Made by a program: the position numbers and the translations under genes
The notes under the pieces: generated by a model
Seen by the model: only the letters and a program-made list of their open reading frames with translations
The model's database searches: none
What the model was told of the DNA's origin: nothing
Part shown: positions 39,492 to 52,222 of the stretch, one piece after another
Numbering within the stretch: the stretch's first letter is position 1
Layout: each line of letters opens with the position of its first letter
Source: Sideroxydans sp.
GTDB taxonomy: Bacteria > Pseudomonadota > Gammaproteobacteria > Burkholderiales > Gallionellaceae
Length of the DNA stretch: 64,000 nucleotides
Assembly (NCBI GenBank): GCA_041653255.1
Contig: JBAZFV010000001.1
Location: 255 to 64,254 of the forward strand
Direction: 5' to 3'

Positions 39492-41179
39492 GGCAGCTAT
39501 ACACCTTTCATGGCGGCATCCACCCACCGACCAACAAAGCACAGTCGACGACGCAGCCGATTGCGTACGCACCGTTGCCGGCAGAGTTGGTTATCTCCCT
39601 GCACCAGCATGCAGGCGAGGTAGCAAAACCGTTGGTGGAAGTGGGCGAGCGAGTATTGAAGGGACAGTTGATCGGTGCACCGGTCAGCGGTTTTTCCGCC
39701 GCCATCCATGCGCCAACTTCCGGCACTGTCGCTGCCATCGGGCTGCAGATCGTGGCGCATCCATCTTCTTTGCCCGAGCTGTGCATTACCTTGCAGGCGG
39801 ACGGCAAGGAAGAATGGGCAGCGCGACACCCGGTGGATTTCCGCACCCTGTCCAATGCTGAATTGCAAAGCCACCTGCGTGCGCAAGGTGTGGTCGGCCT
39901 GGGCGGTGCCGTCTTCCCCAGTGACATGAAGCTGCGCCACAGTATTCCGGTCGAGACGCTGATCATGAATGGCGCGGAGTGCGAACCCTACATCACTTGC
40001 GACGATATGCTGATGCGCGAACGCGCAGCAGAGATCGTGCGTGGTACAGAAATCCTGCGCCATGCACTAAACACAAAAAGCGTTCTTTTTGGTATTGAAG
40101 ACAATAAACCTGAAGCCATCGCCGCGATGCAACAAGCGATAGACGACAGCAGCCTGCCTTTCGAGGTGGTCGCGGTACCGACCCTCTATCCCGGCGGCAG
40201 CGCCAAGCACCTGATCAAGGTGCTGACCGGACTGGAAGTACCTTCAGGTAAATTGCCGACCGACATCGGTGTGCAATGTTTCAACGTGGGCACAGCCTAC
40301 AGTGTCAAACGCGCCTGCGACGATGGCGAGCCATTGATCGCGCGCGTGGTCACGGTGACCGGCAACGTGGCACAGCCGCGCAACTACGAGGCGCTGATCG
40401 GCACAAGATTTGCGGAACTGGTATCCGCCAGCGGGGCACTGCCGGGTACCGACCGCTACATCATGGGCGGGCCGATGATGGGGCTGGAACTGCCCGGCGC
40501 CAACGTGCCGCTGGTCAAGGCCAGCAATTGTCTTATTGCCGCTTCCGACGCGTTGTTCCCGCCACAGCCTGCGCCGCTGCCCTGCATCCGTTGCACGCGC
40601 TGCGTGGGCGTGTGTCCGGCCGAGTTGCAACCGCAGGATTTGTACTGGTTCGCCCAGTCGAACAATTTCGGTAAAGCGCAGGAATGGAATCTGTTCGATT
40701 GTATCGAGTGTGGCGCCTGTGCCTATGTCTGCCCAAGCAGTATTCCGCTGGTGCACTACTACCGCTATGCCAAAAGCGAGATTCGCGCGCGCGATCAGGA
40801 AAAGCGCGCCGCCGACCTGGCACGCGAACGGCATGAATTCCGCCAGCTGCGCATCGAGCGCGAGAAACAGGAAAAAGCCAACCGGCTGGCGCAAAAAGAG
40901 CGCGCAGCAACCACTGCAAATGCAAAAACAGTTGCCGAAACTGCCTCCGTTCCAACCCCGGCCAAACCCGTTGTCACAGTCGATGATACCCAGCAGCTGC
41001 GCATCAATACCGCACTGGAAAGGGCCAAGGCGCAAGCCACCGCTGCGCGCCCGAAGAACACCGACCACCTGACCCCGGAACAGCTGGCCGAGATCGCCGC
41101 CATCGAAGCACGCCGCTCCCATATCCATGACATCGCCGCCGACACCGGCGCCGACGACGAGCCGCCGAAACAGAGTTAA
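39488..41179 (+). CDS. rnfC: Rnf/Rsx subunit C
   Basis: [29 protein letters not shown], two Fe-S motifs. Confidence 0.95.
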   Translation: MRQLYTFHGGIHPPTNKAQSTTQPIAYAPLPAELVISLHQHAGEVAKPLVEVGERVLKGQLIGAPVSGFSAAIHAPTSGTVAAIGLQIVAHPSSLPELCITLQADGKEEWAARHPVDFRTLSNAELQSHLRAQGVVGLGGAVFPSDMKLRHSIPVETLIMNGAECEPYITCDDMLMRERAAEIVRGTEILRHALNTKSVLFGIEDNKPEAIAAMQQAIDDSSLPFEVVAVPTLYPGGSAKHLIKVLTGLEVPSGKLPTDIGVQCFNVGTAYSVKRACDDGEPLIARVVTVTGNVAQPRNYEALIGTRFAELVSASGALPGTDRYIMGGPMMGLELPGANVPLVKASNCLIAASDALFPPQPAPLPCIRCTRCVGVCPAELQPQDLYWFAQSNNFGKAQEWNLFDCIECGACAYVCPSSIPLVHYYRYAKSEIRARDQEKRAADLARERHEFRQLRIEREKQEKANRLAQKERAATTANAKTVAETASVPTPAKPVVTVDDTQQLRINTALERAKAQATAARPKNTDHLTPEQLAEIAAIEARRSHIHDIAADTGADDEPPKQS

Positions 41180-41193
41180 GGAAAACCAAAACC

Positions 41194-42222
41194 ATGCTGT
41201 CATCCCCCTTCCTTACGCGCCCGCTTCCAGTCAATCAGATCATGCTGCGTGTACTGCTGGCACTACTTCCCGGCATCGCCCTGTATGTGTGGTATTTCGG
41301 CCCGGCCATCCTGATCTCGCTGATGCTGGCCTCGCTCACGGCACTGGCTACCGAGGCGCTGATGCTCAAACTGCGTGCGCGCCCGCTCAAGCCCTTTCTC
41401 TCCGATAACAGTGCACTGCTCACCGCATGGCTGCTGGCGCTGTCGGTGCCGCCACTGGCTCCGTGGTGGCTGGTGGTGATTGGGACCGCCTTTGCCATCG
41501 TCGTGGCCAAGCAACTTTACGGCGGCCTCGGCAACAACCCGTTCAACCCAGCCATGATCGGCTATGCCGTGCTTATCATTTCTTTCCCGCACGAAATGAC
41601 GCACTGGGTTTCACCGCAGTCGCTCGGCGGCGTCCAGCTGTCGTTCACCGAGCAGATGAGTTACATCTTTTTACATACCCTCCCACCCGGATTGACACTG
41701 GATGCAATCACTATGTCCACTCCGTTGGATACGCTCAAGACCCAATTGCATCTCGGCCATTCCGTGGGCGAGATCCGCGAGCTGCCGATCTATGGTCGGC
41801 TGGCCGGACAAGGCAGCGAAATGGTAGCCGCCGGTTTTGCAATCGGCGGCATCTACCTTTTATTCACACGAATCATTTCATGGCATCTGCCGCTGGTTTA
41901 CCTCGGCACGCTGTTTGTAATGGCCGGCATTTTCCATCTGTTCGATCCCGCGCATTATGTGGCCCCCTTGTTCCACTGGTTTTCGGGGGCTGCCATGATC
42001 GGTGCGTTTTTCATCCTGACCGATCCGATCAGCTCGCCGACCACCGCCAAGGGGAAAATCATCTTTGCCGCTGGCGCCGGCATGCTCACTTACCTGGTCC
42101 GTGTGTTCGGCGGATTTCCGGATAGCGTTGCCTTTGCCACTATCCTGATGAATATGTGTGTGCCCATCATCGACGCCTATACGCAGCCCGCAATTTTTGG
42201 CCGGAAGGATGCGCATAAATGA
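41194..42222 (+). CDS. rnfD: Rnf/Rsx subunit D
   Basis: KQLYGGLG.NPFNPAM, STPL flavinylation motif, TDP.SSP. Confidence 0.95.
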   Translation: MLSSPFLTRPLPVNQIMLRVLLALLPGIALYVWYFGPAILISLMLASLTALATEALMLKLRARPLKPFLSDNSALLTAWLLALSVPPLAPWWLVVIGTAFAIVVAKQLYGGLGNNPFNPAMIGYAVLIISFPHEMTHWVSPQSLGGVQLSFTEQMSYIFLHTLPPGLTLDAITMSTPLDTLKTQLHLGHSVGEIRELPIYGRLAGQGSEMVAAGFAIGGIYLLFTRIISWHLPLVYLGTLFVMAGIFHLFDPAHYVAPLFHWFSGAAMIGAFFILTDPISSPTTAKGKIIFAAGAGMLTYLVRVFGGFPDSVAFATILMNMCVPIIDAYTQPAIFGRKDAHK

Positions 42223-42851
42223 AACGTATTGTCCGCTCAACCCTGGAAACCGCCGTCAACCTGGTATTTTTCGCCACTATCGGCACTGCCATCCTGGCCA
42301 CCACCTACTTTCTGACCCGCGACACCATCACCGCGACAGTAGCGGCGGCCAAACTCAAACTGATTACACAACTGCTGCCTGCGGACAGCTACGACAACGA
42401 CATCATGCGCGACACGCTCACTTTGCCCGCAGATATTCTGTTGGGTACGGACGATCCTTCGCTGGCGCATATCGCGCGGCGCAACGGCGAACCGGTTGCG
42501 GTGATTCTGGAAGTTGTTGCGCGCGAAGGTTACAGCGGCGATATCCAGATGGTGCTGGGGATCCGCAGCGATGGCGCGCTGTCCGGTGTGCGCGTAGTCA
42601 ATCACAAGGAGACACCGGGGCTGGGCGACTATATCGACATCGCCAAAAACGACTGGATCCGTGTGTTCGAGGACAAGCGGCGCGGCAACGATGCAGACTG
42701 GAAAGTGAAGAAAGATGGCGGCCAGTTTGACAGCATGTCCGGTGCTACCATCACCCCGCGCGCCGTGGTCAAAGCCAGCCATCTCGCCCTGCAATACTTT
42801 GACAGTCATCGCGCTGAACTGTTGCCACAGACAAAAGGAACCCGGCCATGA
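42219..42851 (+). CDS. rnfG: Rnf/Rsx subunit G
   Basis: GYSG, ETPGLG, SGATIT flavinylation motif. Confidence 0.95.
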   Translation: MKRIVRSTLETAVNLVFFATIGTAILATTYFLTRDTITATVAAAKLKLITQLLPADSYDNDIMRDTLTLPADILLGTDDPSLAHIARRNGEPVAVILEVVAREGYSGDIQMVLGIRSDGALSGVRVVNHKETPGLGDYIDIAKNDWIRVFEDKRRGNDADWKVKKDGGQFDSMSGATITPRAVVKASHLALQYFDSHRAELLPQTKGTRP

Positions 42852-43543
42852 ACTGGAACGAATTCAAAACCATCGCCCACAATGGATTATGGAAACAGAA
42901 TCCCGGACTGGTCCAGTTGCTCGGTCTGTGCCCGCTGCTGGCGGTGAGCAACACGCTGGTGAATGCGGTCAGCCTCGGCCTTGCCACCACCCTGGTCATC
43001 ACCCTGAGTAACACCACCATCGCGCCGGTACGCAGCTACGTGCCGAACGAGATCCGCATTCCGGTGTTCGTGCTGATCATCGCGGTGCTGGTCACCGTGG
43101 TGCAATATCTGATGAACGCCTACCTGTACGACCTGTATCTCGTGCTCGGCATATTCGTGCCGCTGATCGTGACCAACTGCATCGTGCTGGCACGGGCGGA
43201 ATCGTTCGCCTCAAAAAACCCAATATTGCCTTCCGCCGTGGACGGTCTGATGATGGGACTGGGGTTGACCGCCGTGCTGGCAACACTGGGCGGGATGCGC
43301 GAGATCGTTGGCAAGGGCACACTGCTCTCCGGCATCGACCTGGTCTTTGGCGATGGTGCGAAAACATGGGTGGTCCATGTCATTCCCGACTACCACGGCT
43401 TCCTGATCGCCATCCTGCCGCCCGGCGCATTCATCGGTCTCGGCCTCATCATTGCCGCCAGAAACTGGCTCAATCTGAGTGCCGAACAAGAAGTGCGCAG
43501 CCAGCCCGTTCCGGTCGCCCTGCCCGAGGCAGCACAGGGATGA
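42848..43543 (+). CDS. rnfE: Rnf/Rsx subunit E
   Basis: [25 protein letters not shown]. Confidence 0.95.
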   Translation: MNWNEFKTIAHNGLWKQNPGLVQLLGLCPLLAVSNTLVNAVSLGLATTLVITLSNTTIAPVRSYVPNEIRIPVFVLIIAVLVTVVQYLMNAYLYDLYLVLGIFVPLIVTNCIVLARAESFASKNPILPSAVDGLMMGLGLTAVLATLGGMREIVGKGTLLSGIDLVFGDGAKTWVVHVIPDYHGFLIAILPPGAFIGLGLIIAARNWLNLSAEQEVRSQPVPVALPEAAQG

Positions 43544-44172
43544 ATGCGGCCAAACGGCGCGCGATGTTTTTGCGCCTGCAAACGACAAACCCGCATCCCT
43601 CCACCGAGCTGGCATACCGCACACCGTTTGAACTGCTGGTTGCGGTGATTCTCTCGGCGCAGGCAACAGACAAAAGTGTCAACCTCGCCACCCGCGAGCT
43701 GTTTCCCGTCGCCAATACACCACAGAAAATTCTCGACCTCGGCGAGCATGGTTTGCGCGAGTATGTGCAGCGCATCGGCCTGTACCAGACCAAGAGCAAA
43801 CACATCATCCGGATGTGCCAACTCCTGCTGCAACTGCACGATGGCGAAGTGCCGCAGACGCGTGAAGCACTGGAAGCCTTGCCCGGTGTGGGACGCAAGA
43901 CGGCCAGCGTGATCCTCAATACCGCCTTCGGCCAGCCCGTCATCGCCGTCGATACGCATATTTTTCGTGTCAGCAACCGTACCGGCCTCGCACCCGGTAA
44001 AGATGTGCTTGAGGTGGAGAAGAAGCTGCTGAAGTTTGTGCCCGCCGAATTTAAACTTGACGCCCATCATTGGCTCATCCTGCATGGCCGTTACGTGTGT
44101 CAGGCGCGCACGCCCAAATGCCGTGAGTGTGTTATTGAAGACCTGTGCGAATTCAGGAAGAAGGTGTTTTGA
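43540..44172 (+). CDS. nth: Endonuclease III
   Basis: LSAQATD, Hh[15 protein letters not shown]-terminal 4Fe-4S Cys motif. Confidence 0.96.
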   Translation: MNAAKRRAMFLRLQTTNPHPSTELAYRTPFELLVAVILSAQATDKSVNLATRELFPVANTPQKILDLGEHGLREYVQRIGLYQTKSKHIIRMCQLLLQLHDGEVPQTREALEALPGVGRKTASVILNTAFGQPVIAVDTHIFRVSNRTGLAPGKDVLEVEKKLLKFVPAEFKLDAHHWLILHGRYVCQARTPKCRECVIEDLCEFRKKVF

Positions 44173-44594
44173 TGTTCCAGCCGACGCGCGATGAAGCACG
44201 GAATTTTCTGTTCGAATCCTGGCGCAAGCGCACTGCGGGAGAATTGCTGTCGCCGCTGGAGGACCTGACGGCGCAGTTAATCGATAAACACCCGGAATAT
44301 CACACGCTGTTCAACGACGTGCAGAGCAATCAGGACAGGGACTACGCGCCGGACGGTACTGTGGTCAACCCATTCCTGCACCTGATGATGCACCTGACCA
44401 TCGAGGAGCAGATATCTATCGGTCAGCCACACGGTATCCGCGAACAGTTCGTGCGCCTCTCACAGAAATACGAATCTGAACACAAGGCGCAGCATGCGAT
44501 GATGGATTGCCTCGGCGAAATGATCTGGCAGGCACAGCGCAACAAAACCGCACCCGATGCCACGGTCTACCTTTCCTGTCTGGAGAAACAATGA
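44172..44594 (+). CDS. DUF1841-like protein
   Basis: HPEYH, NPFLH..MHL.I.EQ..I.QP.GI. Confidence 0.75.
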   Translation: MFQPTRDEARNFLFESWRKRTAGELLSPLEDLTAQLIDKHPEYHTLFNDVQSNQDRDYAPDGTVVNPFLHLMMHLTIEEQISIGQPHGIREQFVRLSQKYESEHKAQHAMMDCLGEMIWQAQRNKTAPDATVYLSCLEKQ

Positions 44595-45124
44595 GACTAA
44601 GCAAGATCACCACCCGCACCGGCGACGATGGCCATACCGGCCTGGCCGACGGCACGCGCCTGCCCAAGAATCACCCGCGCATCGCCGTCATCGGCAGTGT
44701 GGATGAACTCAACAGCCAGCTCGGCGTGCTACTCGCCGAAACCCTGTCGGACGGTGTGCGCGCGGAACTGCTGCGCATCCAGAACGATCTGTTCGACCTC
44801 GGCGGGATGCTGGCTGTGCCAGGCGCACCCTTTGCCGTCGCCAAACTCGCACGACTGGATAAGGCCATCACACATTACAACGCGGAGTTGCCGCCGCTTA
44901 AGGAATTCATCCTTCCCGGCGGCTGCCGCGCCGCCGCCCTGTGCCATGTGGCACGCAGTGTGGCGCGCCGCATCGAGCGCGATTATATGCAACTTATGCA
45001 TGGGGAAACGATCCCGGCTGAGGGACTGCACTATCTGAATCGGCTTTCCGATTTATTGTTTGTGTTTTGCCGTGTACTTAACCGTACAGCCGGCTGTGCG
45101 GAGACGCTCTGGTCGCGAGATTAA
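44591..45124 (+). CDS. PduO-type cob(I)alamin adenosyltransferase
   Basis: TRTGD.G.T, G.VDELNS, FILPGG, YLNRLSD. Confidence 0.92.
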   Translation: MRLSKITTRTGDDGHTGLADGTRLPKNHPRIAVIGSVDELNSQLGVLLAETLSDGVRAELLRIQNDLFDLGGMLAVPGAPFAVAKLARLDKAITHYNAELPPLKEFILPGGCRAAALCHVARSVARRIERDYMQLMHGETIPAEGLHYLNRLSDLLFVFCRVLNRTAGCAETLWSRD

Positions 45125-45219
45125 GACTGTGTCGCCGCGTTCCCACACTGACGTAATCAGCCCTTGGCGCTATAATTCCGCCTGTTGCTATTACAACCAT
45201 CTGCTTGAAGGAGAGTTTC

Positions 45220-45795
45220 ATGCCGCATCACCAGCCGCAGCCTTTTGTTCTGAAGACCACCACCCAACTGCAGGAGATTATGGAACCGAGCAACGATCCC
45301 TGGCAGGTTGACCTGAAAGATACTGCAGTATCGGTCATGACCGATTTCCGTGTTCGCGCGATGTTCAAGCTCACGCCTGAAGAAACCATAGATGAAGCGC
45401 TGCAAAAGATGAAAGTCGCCGGTCTGCGTATCGCTTTCGTCAAGGAAAAGGGGTCGGAAAAATTGCTGGGCCTCATTACCTCCTACGACATCCTGGGCGA
45501 AAAGCCGATGCGCTATCTGCAAAGCGTCGGCTTTGCGGATCGCGGTGTCACGCACAAGGACATCCGTGTCAGCGACATCATGGAATACCCAAAAGACTGG
45601 GTCGTTGCCGAATTGCACGAGGTTGAAAAGGCTTCAGTGAAGGATGTGCTGGAGGCCCTGCAGAAAATCGGCAGGTCGCACCTGCCGGTGGTTGAGCGCA
45701 AGGACGGCGAGCCGCCCAGACTACGCGGTCTGTTCTCTTCTGCCAAAATCCTGCGTCTGACCGAAACCAGCCGCCAGAAGGCAGCCGCAAAATAA
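45220..45795 (+). CDS. Standalone CBS-pair protein
   Basis: Two CBS-like repeats; TATAAT at 45171 and AAGGAG RBS. Confidence 0.8.
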   Translation: MPHHQPQPFVLKTTTQLQEIMEPSNDPWQVDLKDTAVSVMTDFRVRAMFKLTPEETIDEALQKMKVAGLRIAFVKEKGSEKLLGLITSYDILGEKPMRYLQSVGFADRGVTHKDIRVSDIMEYPKDWVVAELHEVEKASVKDVLEALQKIGRSHLPVVERKDGEPPRLRGLFSSAKILRLTETSRQKAAAK

Positions 45796-45810
45796 ACTGT
45801 CCATACTGAA

Positions 45811-45844
45811 GCAAAAGGGCGCATCGTACGATGCGCCCTTTTGC
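45811..45844. terminator. Bidirectional intrinsic terminator
   Basis: GCAAAAGGGCGCATCG-TA-CGATGCGCCCTTTTGC between convergent genes. Confidence 0.9.
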
Positions 45845-45855
45845 ATGGTGCAAGA

Positions 45856-46614
45856 TCAAGGTTGCGGAGGCGGCAGTGGCTTGGGTTTGCGCAGATCGAG
45901 CAAGGTCATCACATAGCCGGACAGGCAATAGCCCAGGAACAGCAGGAACAGGTGCAGCGGCGGATCAACCGACACCAGAATGAAGAAGATGGCGAACAGA
46001 AAGATGACAATAAACGGCACGCTCTTGCGCATATTGATCGCCTTGAAGCTGTAGTACTTGAGGCTGCTGACCATGCTCATGCCGGCAAATACGGTGAGCG
46101 CGGCGGCATACCAGCGCAGGTCGTTGCCGCTGAAACGGTTATCCGCCATGACCCAGACGAATCCGGCCACCAGCGCCGCCGCCGCCGGGCTGGGAAGCCC
46201 CTGAAAATAACGCTTATCAATCACGTCGATGTTGGTGTTGAAGCGCGCCAGCCGCAAAGCGGCACCCGCACAATAGATGAAGGCGGCGAACCAGCCCCAT
46301 TTGCCCAAGTCACGGAACGCCCATTCATACATAAGAATGGAAGGTGCGACACCAAACGAGACCATGTCGGACAGGCTGTCGTATTCGGCCCCGAACTCGC
46401 TTTGGGTATGTGTCATGCGTGCCACGCGCCCATCCAACCCGTCCAGCACCATGGCAATGAAGATCGACACCGCCGCAATTTCATAGCGCCCGTTCATCGA
46501 CTGCACTATGGCGTAAAACCCGGCAAACAAGGCAGCCGTGGTGAGCAGGTTGGGCAGCAGGTAGATGCCGCGCCGCCGCAAATCCATTTTGCTGCGTTGA
46601 TTCATCGGGTTCAT
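45856..46614 (-). CDS. pssA: Phosphatidylserine synthase
   Basis: LPN..T, DGLDGRVAR...G..YDSLSD, LRLARFN. Confidence 0.95.
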   Translation of the reverse strand: MNPMNQRSKMDLRRRGIYLLPNLLTTAALFAGFYAIVQSMNGRYEIAAVSIFIAMVLDGLDGRVARMTHTQSEFGAEYDSLSDMVSFGVAPSILMYEWAFRDLGKWGWFAAFIYCAGAALRLARFNTNIDVIDKRYFQGLPSPAAAALVAGFVWVMADNRFSGNDLRWYAAALTVFAGMSMVSSLKYYSFKAINMRKSVPFIVIFLFAIFFILVSVDPPLHLFLLFLGYCLSGYVMTLLDLRKPKPLPPPQP

Positions 46615-46619
46615 GGAGT

Positions 46620-47261
46620 TCAGCCGAGCCGCGCCAGGATGGTTTCAGTAGCGGACACTTTATCACCGATGCTGACCTTGACGGTAGCGGTCAATGGCAG
46701 ATAGACATCCACCCGCGAGCCGAAGCGGATAAAACCGTAACGTTGGCCGCGCGCCAGCACATCGCCCGCCTTGACGTAACACAGAATACGCCGCGCGATG
46801 AGACCGGCCACTTGTACAAAAGTCACCGTCTGTCCGTCATTGGTGGTCAGCACCACCGCATTGCGCTCGTTTTCGGTGGAGGCCTTGTCCAGATCGGCAT
46901 TGACGAACTTGCCGGGGAAATACTGGATTTTCTCGATCTTGCCGTCGACCGGACTGCGATTGGAATGCACATTGAAGACGTTCATGAACACGCTGATCAG
47001 GAGTGCTTCGCGTTGTGCGTAAGGATCTTGCGTGCGTTCGACCTTGATCACGCGACCGTCGGCGGGTGACAGCACCGCATCCGCATCCTGCGGAATCTCG
47101 CGCGCCGGATCACGGAAAAACTGCAACACGAACAGGAAGATGATCCACAACGGGATCGACCAAGTCACACACCATGCAGTGGCTGCAACGGCCAAAACCA
47201 GTGAAATCGTCAGGAATGGCCAGCCCTCGCGGGCAATGATTGGGTGGGGATAGTTGGTCAT
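46620..47261 (-). CDS. psd: Phosphatidylserine decarboxylase
   Basis: FFRDP.R, SPADG, NER, FGSRVD. Confidence 0.95.
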   Translation of the reverse strand: MTNYPHPIIAREGWPFLTISLVLAVAATAWCVTWSIPLWIIFLFVLQFFRDPAREIPQDADAVLSPADGRVIKVERTQDPYAQREALLISVFMNVFNVHSNRSPVDGKIEKIQYFPGKFVNADLDKASTENERNAVVLTTNDGQTVTFVQVAGLIARRILCYVKAGDVLARGQRYGFIRFGSRVDVYLPLTATVKVSIGDKVSATETILARLG

Positions 47262-47360
47262 GTAGTCGCTGAGTTAATAGCCGTTAGTTGAAAGCACTAG
47301 TCGCCAGACGAAAAAGGTTGATCTTTACTAACGACTAGCGACTAGCGTAAATCGACTGAT
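47262..47360. repeat. Heptamer-repeat (TAGTCGC-type) hairpin filling the ilvC-psd gap
   Basis: tagtcgc..tagccgt tagttga..tagtcgc / tactaac gactagc gactagc gtaaatc gactgat. Confidence 0.75.
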
Positions 47361-47361
47361 T

Positions 47362-48990
<1,629 letters not shown>

Positions 48991-48991
<1 letters not shown>

Positions 48992-50697
48992 TACAGATCC
49001 TCCGCCATGATAATTTCGGACAGCCCCTTGCCGCCCGGAACCATGGGGAACACGTTCTCGGTGGGATCGGTGCGGAAGTCGAGAAATACCAGATCATCCT
49101 TGCGCGCAAAGGCTTCCTTGAGTGCACCCTCCACGTCGCCGGGCTGGTCCACCCGCACCCCCACATGACCATAAGCCTCGGCCAGTCTCACAAAATCGGG
49201 GAGCGCATCCATATAGGATTCGGAATAGCGGTTGCCGTGGAAGAACTCCTGCCACTGGCGCACCATGCCCAGATAGCCATTGTTGAGCAGGATAATCTTG
49301 AGCGGCAGGTGAAATTGTTTGCAGGTGGACAACTCCTGGATATTCATCTGGATACTGCCTTCACCGGTCACACAGGCTACCGGTGCGCCCGGGTGTGCCA
49401 ACTGCACCCCCATTGCCGCCGGCAGGCCAAAGCCCATGGTGCCGAGACCGCCGGAATTGATCCAGCGACGCGGCTGGTTGAACTTGTAATACTGCGCCGC
49501 CCACATCTGGTGTTGTCCCACATCCGAGGTGATGAAAGCATCGCCCCGCGTGATCTCGTACAATTTCTCGATCACATACTGCGGCTTGATGACTTCGGTC
49601 GAATTGCGGTACGTCAATGATTTGCGTCCGCGCCATTCCTCAACCTGCTGCCACCAAGCCTTGAGGGTGGCGACATCGGGTTTCTGCTTGCTGGCACGCA
49701 GCAATGACAGAATATCGTCGAGTACGTGCCGCACATCACCAACCAAAGGCACATCCACCTTCACCCGCTTGGAAATCGAAGCAGGGTCGATATCGATATG
49801 GATGATCTTGCGCGACACTTCGGCGAAATGCTCCACATTACCAATCACACGATCATCGAAACGTGCGCCGATCGCCAGCAGCACATCGCAATGCTGCATC
49901 GCCATATTGGCTTCCAGCGTACCGTGCATGCCAAGCATGCCGAGAAAGTTTTTGTCCGGTGAAGGGTAGCCACCCAGACCCATCAGGGTGTTGGTGCAGG
50001 GGAAATCCAGCAGCCGAACCAGCTCGGTCAATTGCCTGGCGGCATCGGACAACACCACGCCACCACCTGTATAGACCATCGGACGCTTGGCCGCGAGCAG
50101 CATCTGTACCGCCTGTTTGACCAAGGCGGGATCCCCCTTGGTCGCCGGATTGTAGGAGCGAATATTGACCGAAGCCGGGTACTCGTAAGTGGCTTTCTGG
50201 TTTGAGACGTCCTTGGGAATATCCACCAGCACAGGGCCTGGGCGGCCTGTTTTGGCCAGGTAGAACGCCTTCTTCAAGGTGATGGCAATATCCTTCGCAT
50301 CCTTCACCAGGAAGTTGTGTTTGACGCAGGGGCGGGTGATGCCGACCGCATCCACCTCCTGAAAGGCATCCTCACCGATGAAACCGGTAGGCACCTGACC
50401 GCTGATGACCACCAGCGGAATTGAATCCATGTACGCGGTGGCGATACCGGTCACCGCGTTGGTCAGACCAGGACCCGAAGTGACCAGCGCCACCCCGACC
50501 TTGTCGGTAGAGCGCGCATAGCCGTCGGCGGCGTGCAGAGCGGCCTGCTCATGCCGCACCAGAACGTGCTTGACCTGTTCCTGCTTGAACAGCTCATCAT
50601 AGATAAACAACACCGCGCCGCCGGGATAGCCAAAAATATACTCGACTCCCTCTTCCTGTAAGCAGCGGACGGTTATTTCAGCACCGGTCAGTTCCAT
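48991..50697 (-). CDS. ilvI: Acetolactate synthase large subunit
   Basis: FGYPGGA, RHEQ, TSGPG, SGGLGTMG, GEGS..N TPP motif. Confidence 0.96.
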
Positions 50698-50856
50698 GAG
50701 ACAACTACCTGTAGATTGCGTCGATTAAAAGGTCGTGCACGATAAAGGCTGGCAGCATTTTGGTCAACCCCGCAGTGCTTGTGGGCGGGTTGAAAACCCT
50801 TGTTGCAACAGGAATTTGCTATTATCGGCCCACCTTCAGCACAACCCCTGCCACCC

Positions 50857-51438
50857 TTGTCCACTTCAGTCCAGCTTTCCGACTTTCTCGCCAGTGTCGA
50901 GCGCCGCGCCTTCAAGTACGCAGTCTACGCTGTGCACGACGAACAGGCCGCGCTGGACATAGTGCAGGATGCCATGATCAAGCTGGCGGAACGCTACGGG
51001 GACAAGCCTGCTGAAGAGTTTCCACCGTTGTTCCAGAGAATCCTGCAAAATACCATTCGCGACCATTTCCGTCGCCAAAAAGTACGCAGTGCCCGCTTCA
51101 GCCTGTTTTCATCGTTCACTACGTCGCAAAGCGAGGATGACGTGGATGTGCTGGATATCCTGCAGGACGAAGATAACCCCAGCCAGCCCGAAACCCCGCA
51201 CACGGCAGTCGCCGGGCAGCAGTTGGTCACTATCATTGAGGCTGCATTGCGCCAATTGCCAGCGCGTCAACGCGAAGCCTTCCTGCTGCGTTATTGGGAG
51301 GGCTTCGATACGGCAGAAACAGCGGTGGCGATGGGCTGCTCCGAAGGGAGCGTCAAGACCCACTGTTCGCGCGCAACCACTACAATGGCACATATCCTGA
51401 AACGAAAGGGGGTAGACCTGACATGGGCATCAAACTAG
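50857..51438 (+). CDS. ECF sigma factor
   Basis: ALDIVQDAMIKL, LP.RQREAFLLR, GSVKTHCSRA; start uncertain (TTG 50857 or 50800). Confidence 0.88.
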   Translation: MSTSVQLSDFLASVERRAFKYAVYAVHDEQAALDIVQDAMIKLAERYGDKPAEEFPPLFQRILQNTIRDHFRRQKVRSARFSLFSSFTTSQSEDDVDVLDILQDEDNPSQPETPHTAVAGQQLVTIIEAALRQLPARQREAFLLRYWEGFDTAETAVAMGCSEGSVKTHCSRATTTMAHILKRKGVDLTWASN

Positions 51439-51761
51439 ATCGAAAAACACTAGCCTCACTACTCGATGATTCGACGCGCCAACTGCCGCCGACTGTCGAG
51501 GCACGTCTTTTCAGCGCGCGGCAAGCTGCATTACAGCAACAAGCGCGACACAGTACGCTCCAGGCGCGCCTGTATCAGCTGGTGCCGGCACTGGCCGTAC
51601 CGATGCGCCAGCATCCAGTCGGCTGGGGCGCGGCCTTCCTGTTCACCGCCATCCTCGTTGTGGTTCTTTTCCAGTGGCAGCATCTCGCCGTACACGACCA
51701 CAGCGCGCTTGATCTTGCCATACTGATTGATGATTTGCCGGTAAGGATGTACGTCGATTAA
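51423..51761 (+). CDS. DUF3619-like membrane protein (putative anti-sigma)
   Basis: RL..AR..AL, one TM helix, L.DDLP..Y.D terminus; follows the ECF sigma gene. Confidence 0.7.
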   Translation: MGIKLDRKTLASLLDDSTRQLPPTVEARLFSARQAALQQQARHSTLQARLYQLVPALAVPMRQHPVGWGAAFLFTAILVVVLFQWQHLAVHDHSALDLAILIDDLPVRMYVD

Positions 51762-52184
51762 ATGGTCACAATGCGAAAAAAGAACCCTCAAATCTGGTAT
51801 ATCGCAGCGTTGTGCGGTCTGCTGTTAGTGCCCACTGTGTCGCGCGCGGAAAAGTGGGATGATCTCACGCCGCTACAGCAACAATTGCTGGCGCCACTCG
51901 CCCAAGGCTGGAACAAACTGGAGAAAACAGAGCAAAAGAGCTTCATCGGAATTACCAGCGCGTATCCGCAACTTCCCCCCGACAAACAACAGCGCCTGCG
52001 TGAACAGATTTCGACTTGGGCAACACTAACTCCGGAACAACGTCATCGGGCACGGGAGAAATTCACTGCTTTCAGCAAGGTGCCCGCAGAAAGACGAAAT
52101 GCTGTAAAGCAGATCGTGCGCGAACAGGAAACCAGGCCGGAGCCACCTCAGGGAAACACCGAGTCAAGCCAAAAACCTGATTGA
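51762..52184 (+). CDS. DUF3106-like periplasmic protein
   Basis: Signal peptide and repeated W..L.P..Q motifs. Confidence 0.75.
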   Translation: MVTMRKKNPQIWYIAALCGLLLVPTVSRAEKWDDLTPLQQQLLAPLAQGWNKLEKTEQKSFIGITSAYPQLPPDKQQRLREQISTWATLTPEQRHRAREKFTAFSKVPAERRNAVKQIVREQETRPEPPQGNTESSQKPD

Positions 52185-52222
52185 GCCCCGAATGAACGGT
52201 GGCTAAGTTACATTCCCTGGTC

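Noticed and set aside
38371-44172. rnf operon as a novel system
   Set aside because: Standard rnfABCDGE-nth arrangement.
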